Shown here: positions 38,915-48,022 of the stretch, piece after piece
Position numbering within the stretch: the first letter of the stretch is position 1
Layout of the letters: each line of letters starts with the position of its first letter
Virus record (IMG/VR): IMGVR_UViG_3300050821_001198
Coordinates: 64,249 to 128,248 of that record
DNA from: a virus
Reading direction: 5' to 3' (one strand)
DNA length: 64,000 nucleotides
The notes under the pieces: generated by a model
Databases searched by the model: none
What the model was told of the DNA's origin: nothing
The model's input: only the letters and a program-made list of their open reading frames with translations
Made by a program: the position numbers and the translations under genes

Positions 38915-41214
38915 TACCCACCGTACGATCCAGCGGCCGTGGTCGCCTGAATGGCGCTGGCACCACTGCTGAAAGCGAGCGATGGGTCGGGGAGAGAGGC
39001 AGCCGGAGTATTGGTGGCCTGGGCACCGCTGTTGGCGATGTCCTTCCATGACATACCCGTCTTCATCTGGAACCACCGTTGGGCCGCCGGGGAAAGGTCG
39101 ATTACTCCGCCGCCAAGACCGCTGTTGATGGTGTTCCCGCTGTTCTGGTTCTTCATCCACTGCTCGATCCGAGACGGGATGTCGTTCGGATTGGTCGGGT
39201 TCTTGCCGGTGCCAAAGATCTTCGTCCACTCACTACCATTGATCCCGGCCTTATGCGCCTCACTGTAGAGCGGAGCCAGTGCAGACCGGATGGCGTGATA
39301 CTGAAGGTCTTGGTTAGTGATCCCTTGGAGCGCCGTGCCCTGAAGGTGGCTTGGGTTGAGCCCCATCTTCTTGGCTTCCTCCTTTAGCATGTTGGCGTTC
39401 TGGATTGACTTGACATCCTGTGCTACGGATTGCGCTCCCTGAGCGAGATTAGCCTGGGCTGTGATCTTCGAGGCACCCTCTGTGCGAAGGGACTTGATCT
39501 GCTGCGCTGTGATGCCACCACCGATTAGCTGGGCTGCAAGCTGGTCTGCCTGTTCGCGGGCAATGGCTGGAGCGTCACCCGCTGCGAGGCGCTGCTTGTA
39601 GAACATATTGCTCATGTTCGTCGCCTGAGTGGCCAGAGCGCCCGCCTGCTGGCCTGCGGACAGGAAGTTGGTCATACCGGGTAGGATGTTGTTCTGGGCC
39701 GCCAGAGGGCCTGCCACGAGCGGAGAGGCCATAGCTCCCTGGAGGGTGACAGCCGACATTCCGGTGGCAGTCTGGATTGCGATACCGTTGATGAGACCCT
39801 GTGTGAAGTTCGATCCCTGACTCTTAGCCGTCTCAGCGAACTGAGTAAGCGCCTGGTTAGACGCATCGACTGCTAGGTTAGCCGCCTGAGCGGCGGTCGG
39901 TAGAGCCTTCAGTACCTCTGTGAAATCCTGAAGTGACGATGACCCGTAACGAATCATCTGATCGATCATCGGGGCCACTGTGGTTGTAGATCCGATAGCT
40001 CCGCCACCGTATTGGCCGCTGGCTTGAAGCTGGCCCCACATCCCGGCGGCGTTGTTCATCGTGCTCCCTGACCAACCTAGTGACTGGAGGCTGTTCTGAG
40101 CCTGGCGCATCCAACTAGACGAGCCACCCGGACTCAAACCGTAAGCTAATGCCTGTTCGGAGTTATTTACCGCCTGCCGACCGGCGGGGCTGATTCCACC
40201 GCCGCCTAGGAAGCCCGATCCGCCGATTCCGTTGCTAAAGATGTCGAGAGGGTTCAGGTTCGGCATAGTGAAGCCGGGGATACGGACTCCGAGGCCGCCG
40301 ATACCAAGCGTCGTGCCGCCCTGAGCGAGTCCCATCGAGGTACCTTGACCGATAGCCGTGTAGGGGTTCAGTGGAATCCCGGTCGTCTGAGTGAATGCCG
40401 CTGAGTACGGGGCTAGCTGAGAGAGCTTGCCAAGACCACTGCTGGCCGTGTTGAGAAGTCCGCTGACGGCTCCCGGTGCGCCTTGGATCATGTTGGCAAG
40501 CGCATTGCCGCCCGACTTGATCAGGCCAGACACACCACCGCTTGGGTTGTAGATGTTAGAGCCAGCCATATTGCCGCCGCCCCCGATCCCATAGAGCGCC
40601 TGTGAGAACTGATTGGCCCCCGCTCGAACCCCACTCGCGATGGCGCTAGAGGCACTGGACACCGCGTTCGACCGCGCGGCCATTCCGCCGAGTCCGGTTA
40701 CGTGCTGAAGCTGTCGCAAGATGTCTTGAGAGTTGAACTCACCGATACGCGGGATGTAGATGTCGTCCTCGTTGGCCGACCCGCCACCCTGGCCCTGGCG
40801 TACTCCGGTGCCGTGTGTACGAGCGCCGAATCCGGGACGTGATGTTCGAGGTCCGGGCGGAGAACTGTCAAGATCAGAGTCTTCTTTGATCCCGGTATCG
40901 GGGCGACTGGCGGAGTCGATGTTCGAGCTTGGTGCGGCCGGGGCGGGCGGCGGCGTTGACGCCTGACTGAATGCTCCTGCTGCTGTCGAACCGACACTAG
41001 GGACCACCTGGCCGAGAGCGACTAGGATCTCCTTGTTCTGTTCAACGATAGACCTTAGCGAGCCGCTGAGACCGCCAACCTGTTCGGTGAACGCCTTGAG
41101 TACGTCACGCGAGTCACTGCCGAGAAGGCTAAGTGAAATGTCGATCTGGCCTGGATGTTGCGGACCCTGACCGAGTAGTGACATCTGGTTGGGGTTGGGT
41201 GGCTGTGCTGGCAT
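38914..41214 (-). CDS. tape measure protein
   Basis: 766 aa Ala/Gly/Gln-rich, downstream of the tail chaperone pair. Confidence 0.7.
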   Translation of the reverse strand: MPAQPPNPNQMSLLGQGPQHPGQIDISLSLLGSDSRDVLKAFTEQVGGLSGSLRSIVEQNKEILVALGQVVPSVGSTAAGAFSQASTPPPAPAAPSSNIDSASRPDTGIKEDSDLDSSPPGPRTSRPGFGARTHGTGVRQGQGGGSANEDDIYIPRIGEFNSQDILRQLQHVTGLGGMAARSNAVSSASSAIASGVRAGANQFSQALYGIGGGGNMAGSNIYNPSGGVSGLIKSGGNALANMIQGAPGAVSGLLNTASSGLGKLSQLAPYSAAFTQTTGIPLNPYTAIGQGTSMGLAQGGTTLGIGGLGVRIPGFTMPNLNPLDIFSNGIGGSGFLGGGGISPAGRQAVNNSEQALAYGLSPGGSSSWMRQAQNSLQSLGWSGSTMNNAAGMWGQLQASGQYGGGAIGSTTTVAPMIDQMIRYGSSSLQDFTEVLKALPTAAQAANLAVDASNQALTQFAETAKSQGSNFTQGLINGIAIQTATGMSAVTLQGAMASPLVAGPLAAQNNILPGMTNFLSAGQQAGALATQATNMSNMFYKQRLAAGDAPAIAREQADQLAAQLIGGGITAQQIKSLRTEGASKITAQANLAQGAQSVAQDVKSIQNANMLKEEAKKMGLNPSHLQGTALQGITNQDLQYHAIRSALAPLYSEAHKAGINGSEWTKIFGTGKNPTNPNDIPSRIEQWMKNQNSGNTINSGLGGGVIDLSPAAQRWFQMKTGMSWKDIANSGAQATNTPAASLPDPSLAFSSGASAIQATTAAGSYGG

Positions 41215-41240
41215 CCTGTACGTTACCTGCGAGCTACCAC

Positions 41241-41269
41241 TTGACTTAGAGCGGTGCCAATGCTATACT
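41241..41269 (+). promoter_or_regulatory. sigma-70/sigmaA-type promoter, leaderless transcript
   Basis: TTGACT-N17-TATACT, then 6 nt to ATG 41276. Confidence 0.8.
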
Positions 41270-41275
41270 CCTAGC

Positions 41276-41494
41276 ATGATCTTCGTAAACCTACTTATCT
41301 TCCTCGCCGTGGTAGGAGGTAGCTGGTGGCTCGTCCGAGGGCTCATCCGAGGGATTCGGAATCCGAAACCCTGTCGGCCCAAGACAACCGTCTGGAACGC
41401 CGGATGGTCAAACCCCCTACCCAATCTGCACTACGACGAACAGATGGAAGAGTACGAGCGCCTGATGGAGCGGTGGCGGGCTAATCGTCGCTAA
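41276..41494 (+). CDS. single-TM small membrane protein (moron-like)
   Basis: MIFVNLLIFLAVVGGSWWLV TM helix; own promoter; antisense within the tail operon. Confidence 0.7.
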   Translation: MIFVNLLIFLAVVGGSWWLVRGLIRGIRNPKPCRPKTTVWNAGWSNPLPNLHYDEQMEEYERLMERWRANRR

Positions 41495-41855
41495 TGTCTT
41501 CCGGCATCGAGCTATGGAACTCCGCAATGAGCTTCTGTAGATCGGACTCGCTCTGCGGGTGGTAGAAGTCATCCTCGTTCATCCCGGTTTCGATTCGGTC
41601 GAAGCTCGAATCACCGTATAGCTGATCGAAGAGGGTCCAGTTGCTTGCGAGCAGTTGACCCTTGAACTGATCCTCGGCATCCTCGTGGTGCTTCTTGTCT
41701 TCGCGGATGATCGCGAAACTCAAGAGCATTAGGTGGATGGCATTGAGCCCGTCAGAAGTTCCCGAATGTCCTCGGTAGGTCTCGGAAAGTCTACCGCTGC
41801 GGACAAGGAGTCGGGCGAGATTGGCGAGTCCGTCCGACTCCTTGGCGATAAATCC
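41481..41855 (-). CDS. tail assembly chaperone, -1 frameshift extension
   Basis: Open -1 frame entered at slippery GGATTTA (41855-41849). Confidence 0.65.
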   Translation of the reverse strand, partial: GFIAKESDGLANLARLLVRSGRLSETYRGHSGTSDGLNAIHLMLLSFAIIREDKKHHEDAEDQFKGQLLASNWTLFDQLYGDSSFDRIETGMNEDDFYHPQSESDLQKLIAEFHSSMPEDISDD

Positions 41856-42268
41856 CGCATCGCCTCGATACACGCAAGCTGGCGAGCCCGCAGAAGCTCG
41901 TACTCCTTGAACAGATGCTCGATGACTGGCTTGTACCAGTTCTCCGTCACGTACGCGAACCGAGAATCGGCAAACGCCCTGGCGCTCGGTCCGATCTTCT
42001 CACAGAAGTCCTCGAAGTGATCAATGTGGGTTAGGCTCAGAGCCACCGTAGCCGCCGCTAGGCAGAGAACCTGACCAAAGGATTCCTGGTACTCCTTGAC
42101 GATCCGGTAGACCTGTAGCTCTTCCTGTGCCTTTAGAGTGCGTAGCCCGAACGAGTGACCGCACCATTCGACAGTAGTGTCAAGATGTCCAAGGACGATG
42201 AGTCCTTCTAGGTCGTTTTGTACCTCTTCCGGGAACGCATCAAACGGTCCCGCACTTGACTGATTCAT
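41729..42268 (-). CDS. tail assembly chaperone
   Basis: Between tube and tape measure; FGLRTLKAQEEL motif. Confidence 0.75.
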   Translation of the reverse strand: MNQSSAGPFDAFPEEVQNDLEGLIVLGHLDTTVEWCGHSFGLRTLKAQEELQVYRIVKEYQESFGQVLCLAAATVALSLTHIDHFEDFCEKIGPSARAFADSRFAYVTENWYKPVIEHLFKEYELLRARQLACIEAMRDLSPRSRTDSPISPDSLSAAVDFPRPTEDIRELLTGSMPST

Positions 42269-42282
42269 GTTGCTCGCTTTGA

Positions 42283-42849
42283 CTAGGAGGAAGTGCGCTT
42301 ATAGTGCGTGTAGTTGACCGTGATTTGCTTGTAAATCTGCATCGTCCCGATGGAGACGGTCTCGCCGTCCTGGTAGTTCGAGATGACGCAGTTGAAGTAG
42401 TTTTCCTGGTACTGCCCCTGATTCGAGCCAGCGGGCGGATAGACGTACTTTGTGACCTGAATCGGCTGGGTGTAAGCTGACACAGCATTGAAGATGTCTG
42501 CCAGGTCCGTCGCGTTGTTCTGGTCGTTGTTGCCGGATGTGATCGGACTGTTACCGTTGGCGGCCTTACCCTTGATCGCGGTAGCGAGCGACTGTAGCTC
42601 TTCCCAGACGGAGAGCCCGTAAAGCTCCACGATCTCAAGGACGAGCGTGCCCATGCCGATGGCGTTCGGAGTAATGACAGCTAGGGGGCGTCGTGCATCA
42701 AGTGGCTGGATGGCCACTGCATCCGCCACAGGGGCGGGAGAAGTGTGAGCAAGCTGGTTGCAGTGGGCGATCAGCTTGCCGTCCCAATAGAAGACGGTGA
42801 ACTTGGAACCCGCAACGCGGAACTGTGACGCTGGAACGTTAGATGCCAT
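42283..42849 (-). CDS. tail tube protein
   Basis: 188 aa directly after sheath; YFNCVISNYQDGETV tube-like C-terminus. Confidence 0.8.
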   Translation of the reverse strand: MASNVPASQFRVAGSKFTVFYWDGKLIAHCNQLAHTSPAPVADAVAIQPLDARRPLAVITPNAIGMGTLVLEIVELYGLSVWEELQSLATAIKGKAANGNSPITSGNNDQNNATDLADIFNAVSAYTQPIQVTKYVYPPAGSNQGQYQENYFNCVISNYQDGETVSIGTMQIYKQITVNYTHYKRTSS

Positions 42850-42854
42850 CTAGA

Positions 42855-44765
42855 TTACCCGGCCGTTACCGTTGAAGTATTGGCTGTCCCGGCGGCCATG
42901 TTGACCGCGAAGGAAAGCTGGATGTAGTCGATTGGGAAGTTCGGAGTGAAGTTGAACGACACGGCCACAGTGGTCGGGTTGTTGGACACGACGATTGCCG
43001 CCACACTGTCATAGCTCGCGATGTCGCCCGCGCCCTGTAGGGCTTCAAGGACGGCGATTACCGCCGACTCAACGTAGGTGCCGGGGTCTTGCCCCGGAGG
43101 AACGGTCTTGCCGATGATCTGCCCCTGGAGGGTCTCGATCATGCTCGTGATCATGAAGAACTTGGAGCGAACCACCGAAAGCTCACGACGAGCGTAGGTA
43201 GAGTTATCAAGGGTGATCGCGTGGCGGATCTGAACCGACTGAGTGTTGATCGGCTGAGTAACAACCAGCATGCCCGCCTGTGCGTCGGCCTGAAGGTCAG
43301 CCTTGGTGCGCTTGGGCACATCAGCGATGCCGAGAATGCCCGGGATAGTATCGAGGTTGATCGTGTCCGAGATTGATCCGGAGTTGAGCAGTCCGGCGAT
43401 GGCTGCCGCGACGTACTGGCCGCCAATCTGACCGACGACATTGCTGACCGGGAAGGCATAGTTGAAGGTGGTGGAGTTGACAAGTACCATGCTTTGTGAC
43501 ATGGCGTTGGCGTAACGACTCTGGAGGGTGGCGGCGTGGACACGCATGGTGGCCTTGTCCGGGTATGACGGTGACCCGGCCGCCTCTTGTGACCCGTCCT
43601 CGCCAGCGATAGCCTGAATCCAGACATCATTGTTCTGCTGGATGTTGAGGAAGTCTTCGACGGCCTCTAGGATGGCGAGCATCCCTAGGTTGTTGAGGTT
43701 CGCTGACTGACCGATGACCGGGACAATGAGATCAACGTTGACCTGATCCTGTAGGGCGGTAAGAGTCTGCTCCCACGCCGTGCTGGCGGTATTGGCGTCG
43801 GTCGTAGATGGCTGACCCTTGGTCGAATCCGGGTCAGCCGGGTCGGCCAGGGTGAAGAGCGGAGCAATGAAGATCTGCTGTGCGCCTGCGCCGAACGCTA
43901 GAAGGGCAGCAAAGCTTACGGGAGTCTCAACGCCTGTACCAAGGGCGTTCGTCGCTGGACCATACTGGTTCTCCACATCAGAGAGATTGGTGTAGAGAGC
44001 GGCATCGAAGTACCCGGCAGTGGTGTACTGGTAGGTGACGAACACAGTGCCCGTCTGGGGGATACGGGAAGATGAAGTGCGCTGAATACCAAGGTTGTCC
44101 GATGAGACTGTGTAGTCCTCTTCTGCTCCCTCTTGGTACGGATTCGATGCCGTGAAGTTCGGGTTGGTTGCGTCGAAGACCTCAACCACTGAGACGAGAG
44201 AGGCTCCGGGGTTGGCGGCTAGGGTTGGTAGGTCAACCTCAACACCTGTGCCCGGGAGGGCGGCCGTGTTACTGACCGGGGGTGTGGCGAGGGTGCCATG
44301 CGGGATGCCCGTGTCGAGGAAGGTTGTTCCGTATGCGGTGAAGTAGACGTTCTCGGAGTCTGTGACCGTGCCACGGTAAACGCGGTATGAAACGGCCCCG
44401 ACCGATGCGGTCCAGGAGATGGTGACGCTAGAAGTATCGTTGTCTGAGACAGTGGTGGCGTTGACCTCGCTCGACGCGATGGTCTCGCCCGCCGCGTTGA
44501 CTGCGGTGACGACGTAGAAGTATTCGACTGTGCCGGACGATGACCCTAGAACGCCGCCCGTGTTATGTAGGACGGCTGCGGGACTAGCCGGGGCCGCAAC
44601 GTGGCCGCCAGGACCGTCATCGAAGGTGAGGATGTCGGTGACCTCAATGTAGCCCTGCGAGAGTCCTACAAGCGCGATGTTCTCGACGCCCGCGAGTTCT
44701 GCGGTCACGGCCGAGTTTGTAGTCTCAGCAACCTGGATTCCGGGATCAACGTAAGGAATGGCCAT
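42855..44765 (-). CDS. tail sheath protein
   Basis: YVDPGIQV start; IRHAIT, RELSVVR and PNFPIDYI sheath motifs. Confidence 0.88.
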   Translation of the reverse strand: MAIPYVDPGIQVAETTNSAVTAELAGVENIALVGLSQGYIEVTDILTFDDGPGGHVAAPASPAAVLHNTGGVLGSSSGTVEYFYVVTAVNAAGETIASSEVNATTVSDNDTSSVTISWTASVGAVSYRVYRGTVTDSENVYFTAYGTTFLDTGIPHGTLATPPVSNTAALPGTGVEVDLPTLAANPGASLVSVVEVFDATNPNFTASNPYQEGAEEDYTVSSDNLGIQRTSSSRIPQTGTVFVTYQYTTAGYFDAALYTNLSDVENQYGPATNALGTGVETPVSFAALLAFGAGAQQIFIAPLFTLADPADPDSTKGQPSTTDANTASTAWEQTLTALQDQVNVDLIVPVIGQSANLNNLGMLAILEAVEDFLNIQQNNDVWIQAIAGEDGSQEAAGSPSYPDKATMRVHAATLQSRYANAMSQSMVLVNSTTFNYAFPVSNVVGQIGGQYVAAAIAGLLNSGSISDTINLDTIPGILGIADVPKRTKADLQADAQAGMLVVTQPINTQSVQIRHAITLDNSTYARRELSVVRSKFFMITSMIETLQGQIIGKTVPPGQDPGTYVESAVIAVLEALQGAGDIASYDSVAAIVVSNNPTTVAVSFNFTPNFPIDYIQLSFAVNMAAGTANTSTVTAG

Positions 44766-44803
44766 CGTCGTAAGTTACTCAGTCGCGGAGATTGAAAACA
44801 AGG

Positions 44804-45502
44804 TTAGGAACTTGGCGGGATGACGATTGCTCCATCCGGGTCTTCGAGGTCTGGAACAGGGTCGCCCTCGATCTCACTGTATGGGTAGAGCAACACCTTC
44901 TCGATGGCTGCTGTGAGGGGTGCTAGGTTCGGGAGACTCGTGAATTCGCCCAGGATGTTAGTCCGATAGGTAGTCTTGAAGAGCAGTTCGTTCTCAGCAT
45001 TCCAGGGCGCGGGTACCGTGACATTCCCGAACGGAGTTAGCTCGTCACTGTTGATGTTCACGAAGTTGTAGTTGCGGTAAGGGTACACGTCGGCTAGGTC
45101 CCCATACACACGGTCGAAGAATTCACCCATCCAACTACCTAGAGACCCCGATGTGATCAGGGTGACCAGCGACCCGGCCATGCGATCACGACTCAGGGGG
45201 TCCATCGTCTGGATCTCGAATTCGATATCACCCTCGTAGTAGTAGTGCTCGAACGCTTGAATCTCGCCATTGATGGTGAGGGTATCCTTGTTACCGACAC
45301 CAGAGTTCTTGATGTCGCGGCCGTAGTACCTCACGATCATAAGGGGGTACTTGACCTCATCGGTCGTGTATTCGTAGATGACCATTGTCTGGGCGATTGC
45401 AGGATCGGGATGCTGGGCGTACGCACGCCGCAGACCATCGATCATGGTCGCGTAGAGAAAGCTGGGATAGGGGATCGACTGATCCGGGAAGAGCTTGGCC
45501 AT
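44804..45502 (-). CDS. tail terminator / completion protein
   Basis: Upstream of sheath; YPLMIV...IEFEIQTMDPLSRD. Confidence 0.6.
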   Translation of the reverse strand: MAKLFPDQSIPYPSFLYATMIDGLRRAYAQHPDPAIAQTMVIYEYTTDEVKYPLMIVRYYGRDIKNSGVGNKDTLTINGEIQAFEHYYYEGDIEFEIQTMDPLSRDRMAGSLVTLITSGSLGSWMGEFFDRVYGDLADVYPYRNYNFVNINSDELTPFGNVTVPAPWNAENELLFKTTYRTNILGEFTSLPNLAPLTAAIEKVLLYPYSEIEGDPVPDLEDPDGAIVIPPSS

Positions 45503-45849
45503 TAGAGGCCGCCGATGTAGCTAGTGCCGTCTTTGATACCGGCCATGATCAGAGAGACGAAGAGATCTTGGTTCTGGACGAGTGACACCTGAACGGCTGT
45601 CTGGGCCACCTGTCTCATCTGCTGATCGATCTGGAAGACTTCCTCGGGCGGCAATCCTGTCAAGATCCCGGGATCGTACGTCAGTGTCAGGTATTCGTCA
45701 CTTGACAGGCTGTTGGCTTCCCGAAAGGGAGCACCCGCTGCTCTAGCGCGAGCCGGAAGAACACCGGCCCGCTCGCTATTGGCGATGTCGGCTGCGTCCC
45801 GCAGGATCTTGTCGATGCACTTATGGGGCGGCTGGAGGAACCTGGACAT
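45502..45849 (-). CDS. hypothetical neck-region protein
   Basis: TAATG coupling on both sides. Confidence 0.6.
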   Translation of the reverse strand: MSRFLQPPHKCIDKILRDAADIANSERAGVLPARARAAGAPFREANSLSSDEYLTLTYDPGILTGLPPEEVFQIDQQMRQVAQTAVQVSLVQNQDLFVSLIMAGIKDGTSYIGGL

Positions 45850-46703
45850 TAGCGGTCGATCTCCACGTCGTAGGCGGTGTGGCCGTAGGGGAGGCGGTTC
45901 TCGGCGGAGATCTGATTCAGGACATAAGCGTTACCTGTCGGGGTGTACACCGGGGTCGCACCGGCACCGGGGGAGCTACCGTCGTCATTACCTGTCGGGA
46001 TACGTCTCGCAACGCCTCTATCTCTCCGACCCTTCTTGTCATTGCCTCGGACCGTAATAGGCTGCATCGAACGACACTCGTACCGCTCATGCGCCTGAAC
46101 GATGTTGCCGCCATTGTCCATGTCGATTGAGACAAGTAGGTCGCCATCGTTCATGATTGGGAACCACGGACAGATGATCTGGGGCTGCATGACTCGCATG
46201 ATCGAACCGCTCGCATCGACCTTGAGGTAATCGAGGGGTGAGTCGGGCTGGATGCAGTAGACGATCCATCCCGGGCCGTAGCCGCGATACAGGGGAGCGG
46301 GAGTCCATCCGGCACCGGGGTTTGTGGCAAACTGTTGGATGTTCCCCTCGGCATCGTAATACTCGTTTGGCGAGATTGCCTGGCTCACGAAGCTAACACC
46401 ATGAGAGATGGTGTCGAAACGCCCTGAACGCCCGTAGATGTCACTGAATGCCGGGGACGCCTGAGCGATCCCTAGTTGCACATCGACCGGGCTGTATTTG
46501 TGCTTCCAAAGGAACGGTGTCCCGACACGCCGAAAAGCGTCATAAACCCAGCGGCGGCGGCGAGCTACCTGCTTGGGAATCCCCGGCTCACCGATGTATT
46601 TGGCGGCGTAGTTGAGACCCTGCGGAGTAGTGGTGACGACGAAGGCATTGCCTGTCGCTGTTGACTCGCTCTGACTAACCCCGGAACCGGCGTAATTAGT
46701 CAT
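45849..46703 (-). CDS. head-to-tail connector protein
   Basis: Synteny; PIMNDGDLLV...ERY stopper-like motif. Confidence 0.55.
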   Translation of the reverse strand: MTNYAGSGVSQSESTATGNAFVVTTTPQGLNYAAKYIGEPGIPKQVARRRRWVYDAFRRVGTPFLWKHKYSPVDVQLGIAQASPAFSDIYGRSGRFDTISHGVSFVSQAISPNEYYDAEGNIQQFATNPGAGWTPAPLYRGYGPGWIVYCIQPDSPLDYLKVDASGSIMRVMQPQIICPWFPIMNDGDLLVSIDMDNGGNIVQAHERYECRSMQPITVRGNDKKGRRDRGVARRIPTGNDDGSSPGAGATPVYTPTGNAYVLNQISAENRLPYGHTAYDVEIDR

Positions 46704-46706
46704 GGG

Positions 46707-47123
46707 TTAGTCCATTGTCAACTGGATGGACGAACTTGAGAAGTCGAGGGAGTCGCCAGAGTTGATCGTGCGCGGAGTGTTGAGGTAGCCCCACCAGATC
46801 TGATTGCCGCCGCTAGGGAGGTCCAGGAGCGAAAAGCCGGTGACGATACCCCAAGCGGCGGTGGCACCACCAGAGGCCGGAAACGCGACCGCTGTGATAT
46901 TCGTGGAAACGGCGGGAGATCCAGAGGCTTCCGTGAAGTACATGGACTGACGAAGATAGGCACCCCCGGAGACCTCGGTCCCGGCAGTAGTGTCAGTCGG
47001 GGCAACCGTATACAGTGCAAGCCATAGAGAGGAAGGGACGTTCGTGCCTCCGTTGCCGGTGCTAGCGTTGAGCAGGAGTTGCTCTCCGTACTGTGTAAGT
47101 GATCCGATTGAAGGGAGGGGCAT
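46707..47123 (-). CDS. small virion structural protein
   Basis: WLALYTVAP...GTEVSGGAYLRQ...WG...GGN motif common in phage virion proteins. Confidence 0.7.
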   Translation of the reverse strand: MPLPSIGSLTQYGEQLLLNASTGNGGTNVPSSLWLALYTVAPTDTTAGTEVSGGAYLRQSMYFTEASGSPAVSTNITAVAFPASGGATAAWGIVTGFSLLDLPSGGNQIWWGYLNTPRTINSGDSLDFSSSSIQLTMD

Positions 47124-47966
47124 TTAGTAGTAACCTCGTCCTAGGTTAGCTGAGCGCAGAGGGGCTCCAATGAGCCTCCCGGCCTTGTTAGAGACCAGAC
47201 CCTTGCTGTGACCCAGGCCCAAGAACTGGCGCTTGAAGAGGGCGACCCACCGCATGTAACGCTGCATCTCTACCTCGTAGATTTGAAGCCAGCGGGTCAT
47301 GTAGTCGCGGCGATCCTCGTAAGTCACCTGGCCACCGAGTAGCGAGGGTTGCTCGACATAGGAGGTAACAAGGTGGAGAATCACGGCTAGGAAGGTACCC
47401 TGCACCAAGAGCGGCATGTTGGCTGTTGCCCGGCCGCCTGTGATGAAGTACGTCTCAGAGAGGTTGGTCGGGGGGTTCTGCTGATTGATGTCAAAGAGCG
47501 CCTCCGCGATGAAGGTCGGCATCTTGTCCTTGTTGAAGAAGTTGAGTGTCATGTCACGGAGCCAAGGTCCCTCGTCCTCAGCGTCAAAGCAATCCTCGAT
47601 CCTGGCCCAGACAGCCCTACCGATGATCTCGTCATCAGTGGGAGTCGGCGGGTTGAACGGGTCGATAACCTCGAAGGTACAGCGGCTCGACTTGATTTGG
47701 CCGCTGGCGTAGGTGAATGTGGCGATTGCCTTGTAGACCCCAATCAGGGTTGACGTGTTCGTGTACCTGGTGTAACCTGTACCGTCAGCGATGATCGTCC
47801 CGGCCTGCGATGTTGTAGCACCGGACGGGTCCTGAATAGTGAAAGTGACCGTCGCAAGATCGTCCTGAGGAACGGGCGCGTCGAAATCGTCGTAGAGATA
47901 GGCGTTGATCTCGGCGGTGTCACCGAGATTCACGTAGCGGACTTCAAGATCCCAAGCAACAGTCAT
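47124..47966 (-). CDS. head-to-tail adaptor with N-terminal Ig-like domain
   Basis: Beta-sandwich N-terminus, helical C-terminus (DRRDYMTRW); synteny. Confidence 0.6.
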   Translation of the reverse strand: MTVAWDLEVRYVNLGDTAEINAYLYDDFDAPVPQDDLATVTFTIQDPSGATTSQAGTIIADGTGYTRYTNTSTLIGVYKAIATFTYASGQIKSSRCTFEVIDPFNPPTPTDDEIIGRAVWARIEDCFDAEDEGPWLRDMTLNFFNKDKMPTFIAEALFDINQQNPPTNLSETYFITGGRATANMPLLVQGTFLAVILHLVTSYVEQPSLLGGQVTYEDRRDYMTRWLQIYEVEMQRYMRWVALFKRQFLGLGHSKGLVSNKAGRLIGAPLRSANLGRGYY

Positions 47967-47987
47967 CGTCGCTGATTACCGGGGCGC

Positions 47988-48016
47988 TTGACGGCTGAAT
48001 CCGGGGGTGCTAGGAT
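47988..48016 (+). promoter_or_regulatory. sigma-70/sigmaA-type promoter, leaderless transcript
   Basis: TTGACG-N17-TAGGAT, then 6 nt to ATG 48023. Confidence 0.75.
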
Positions 48017-48022
48017 CGCTTC

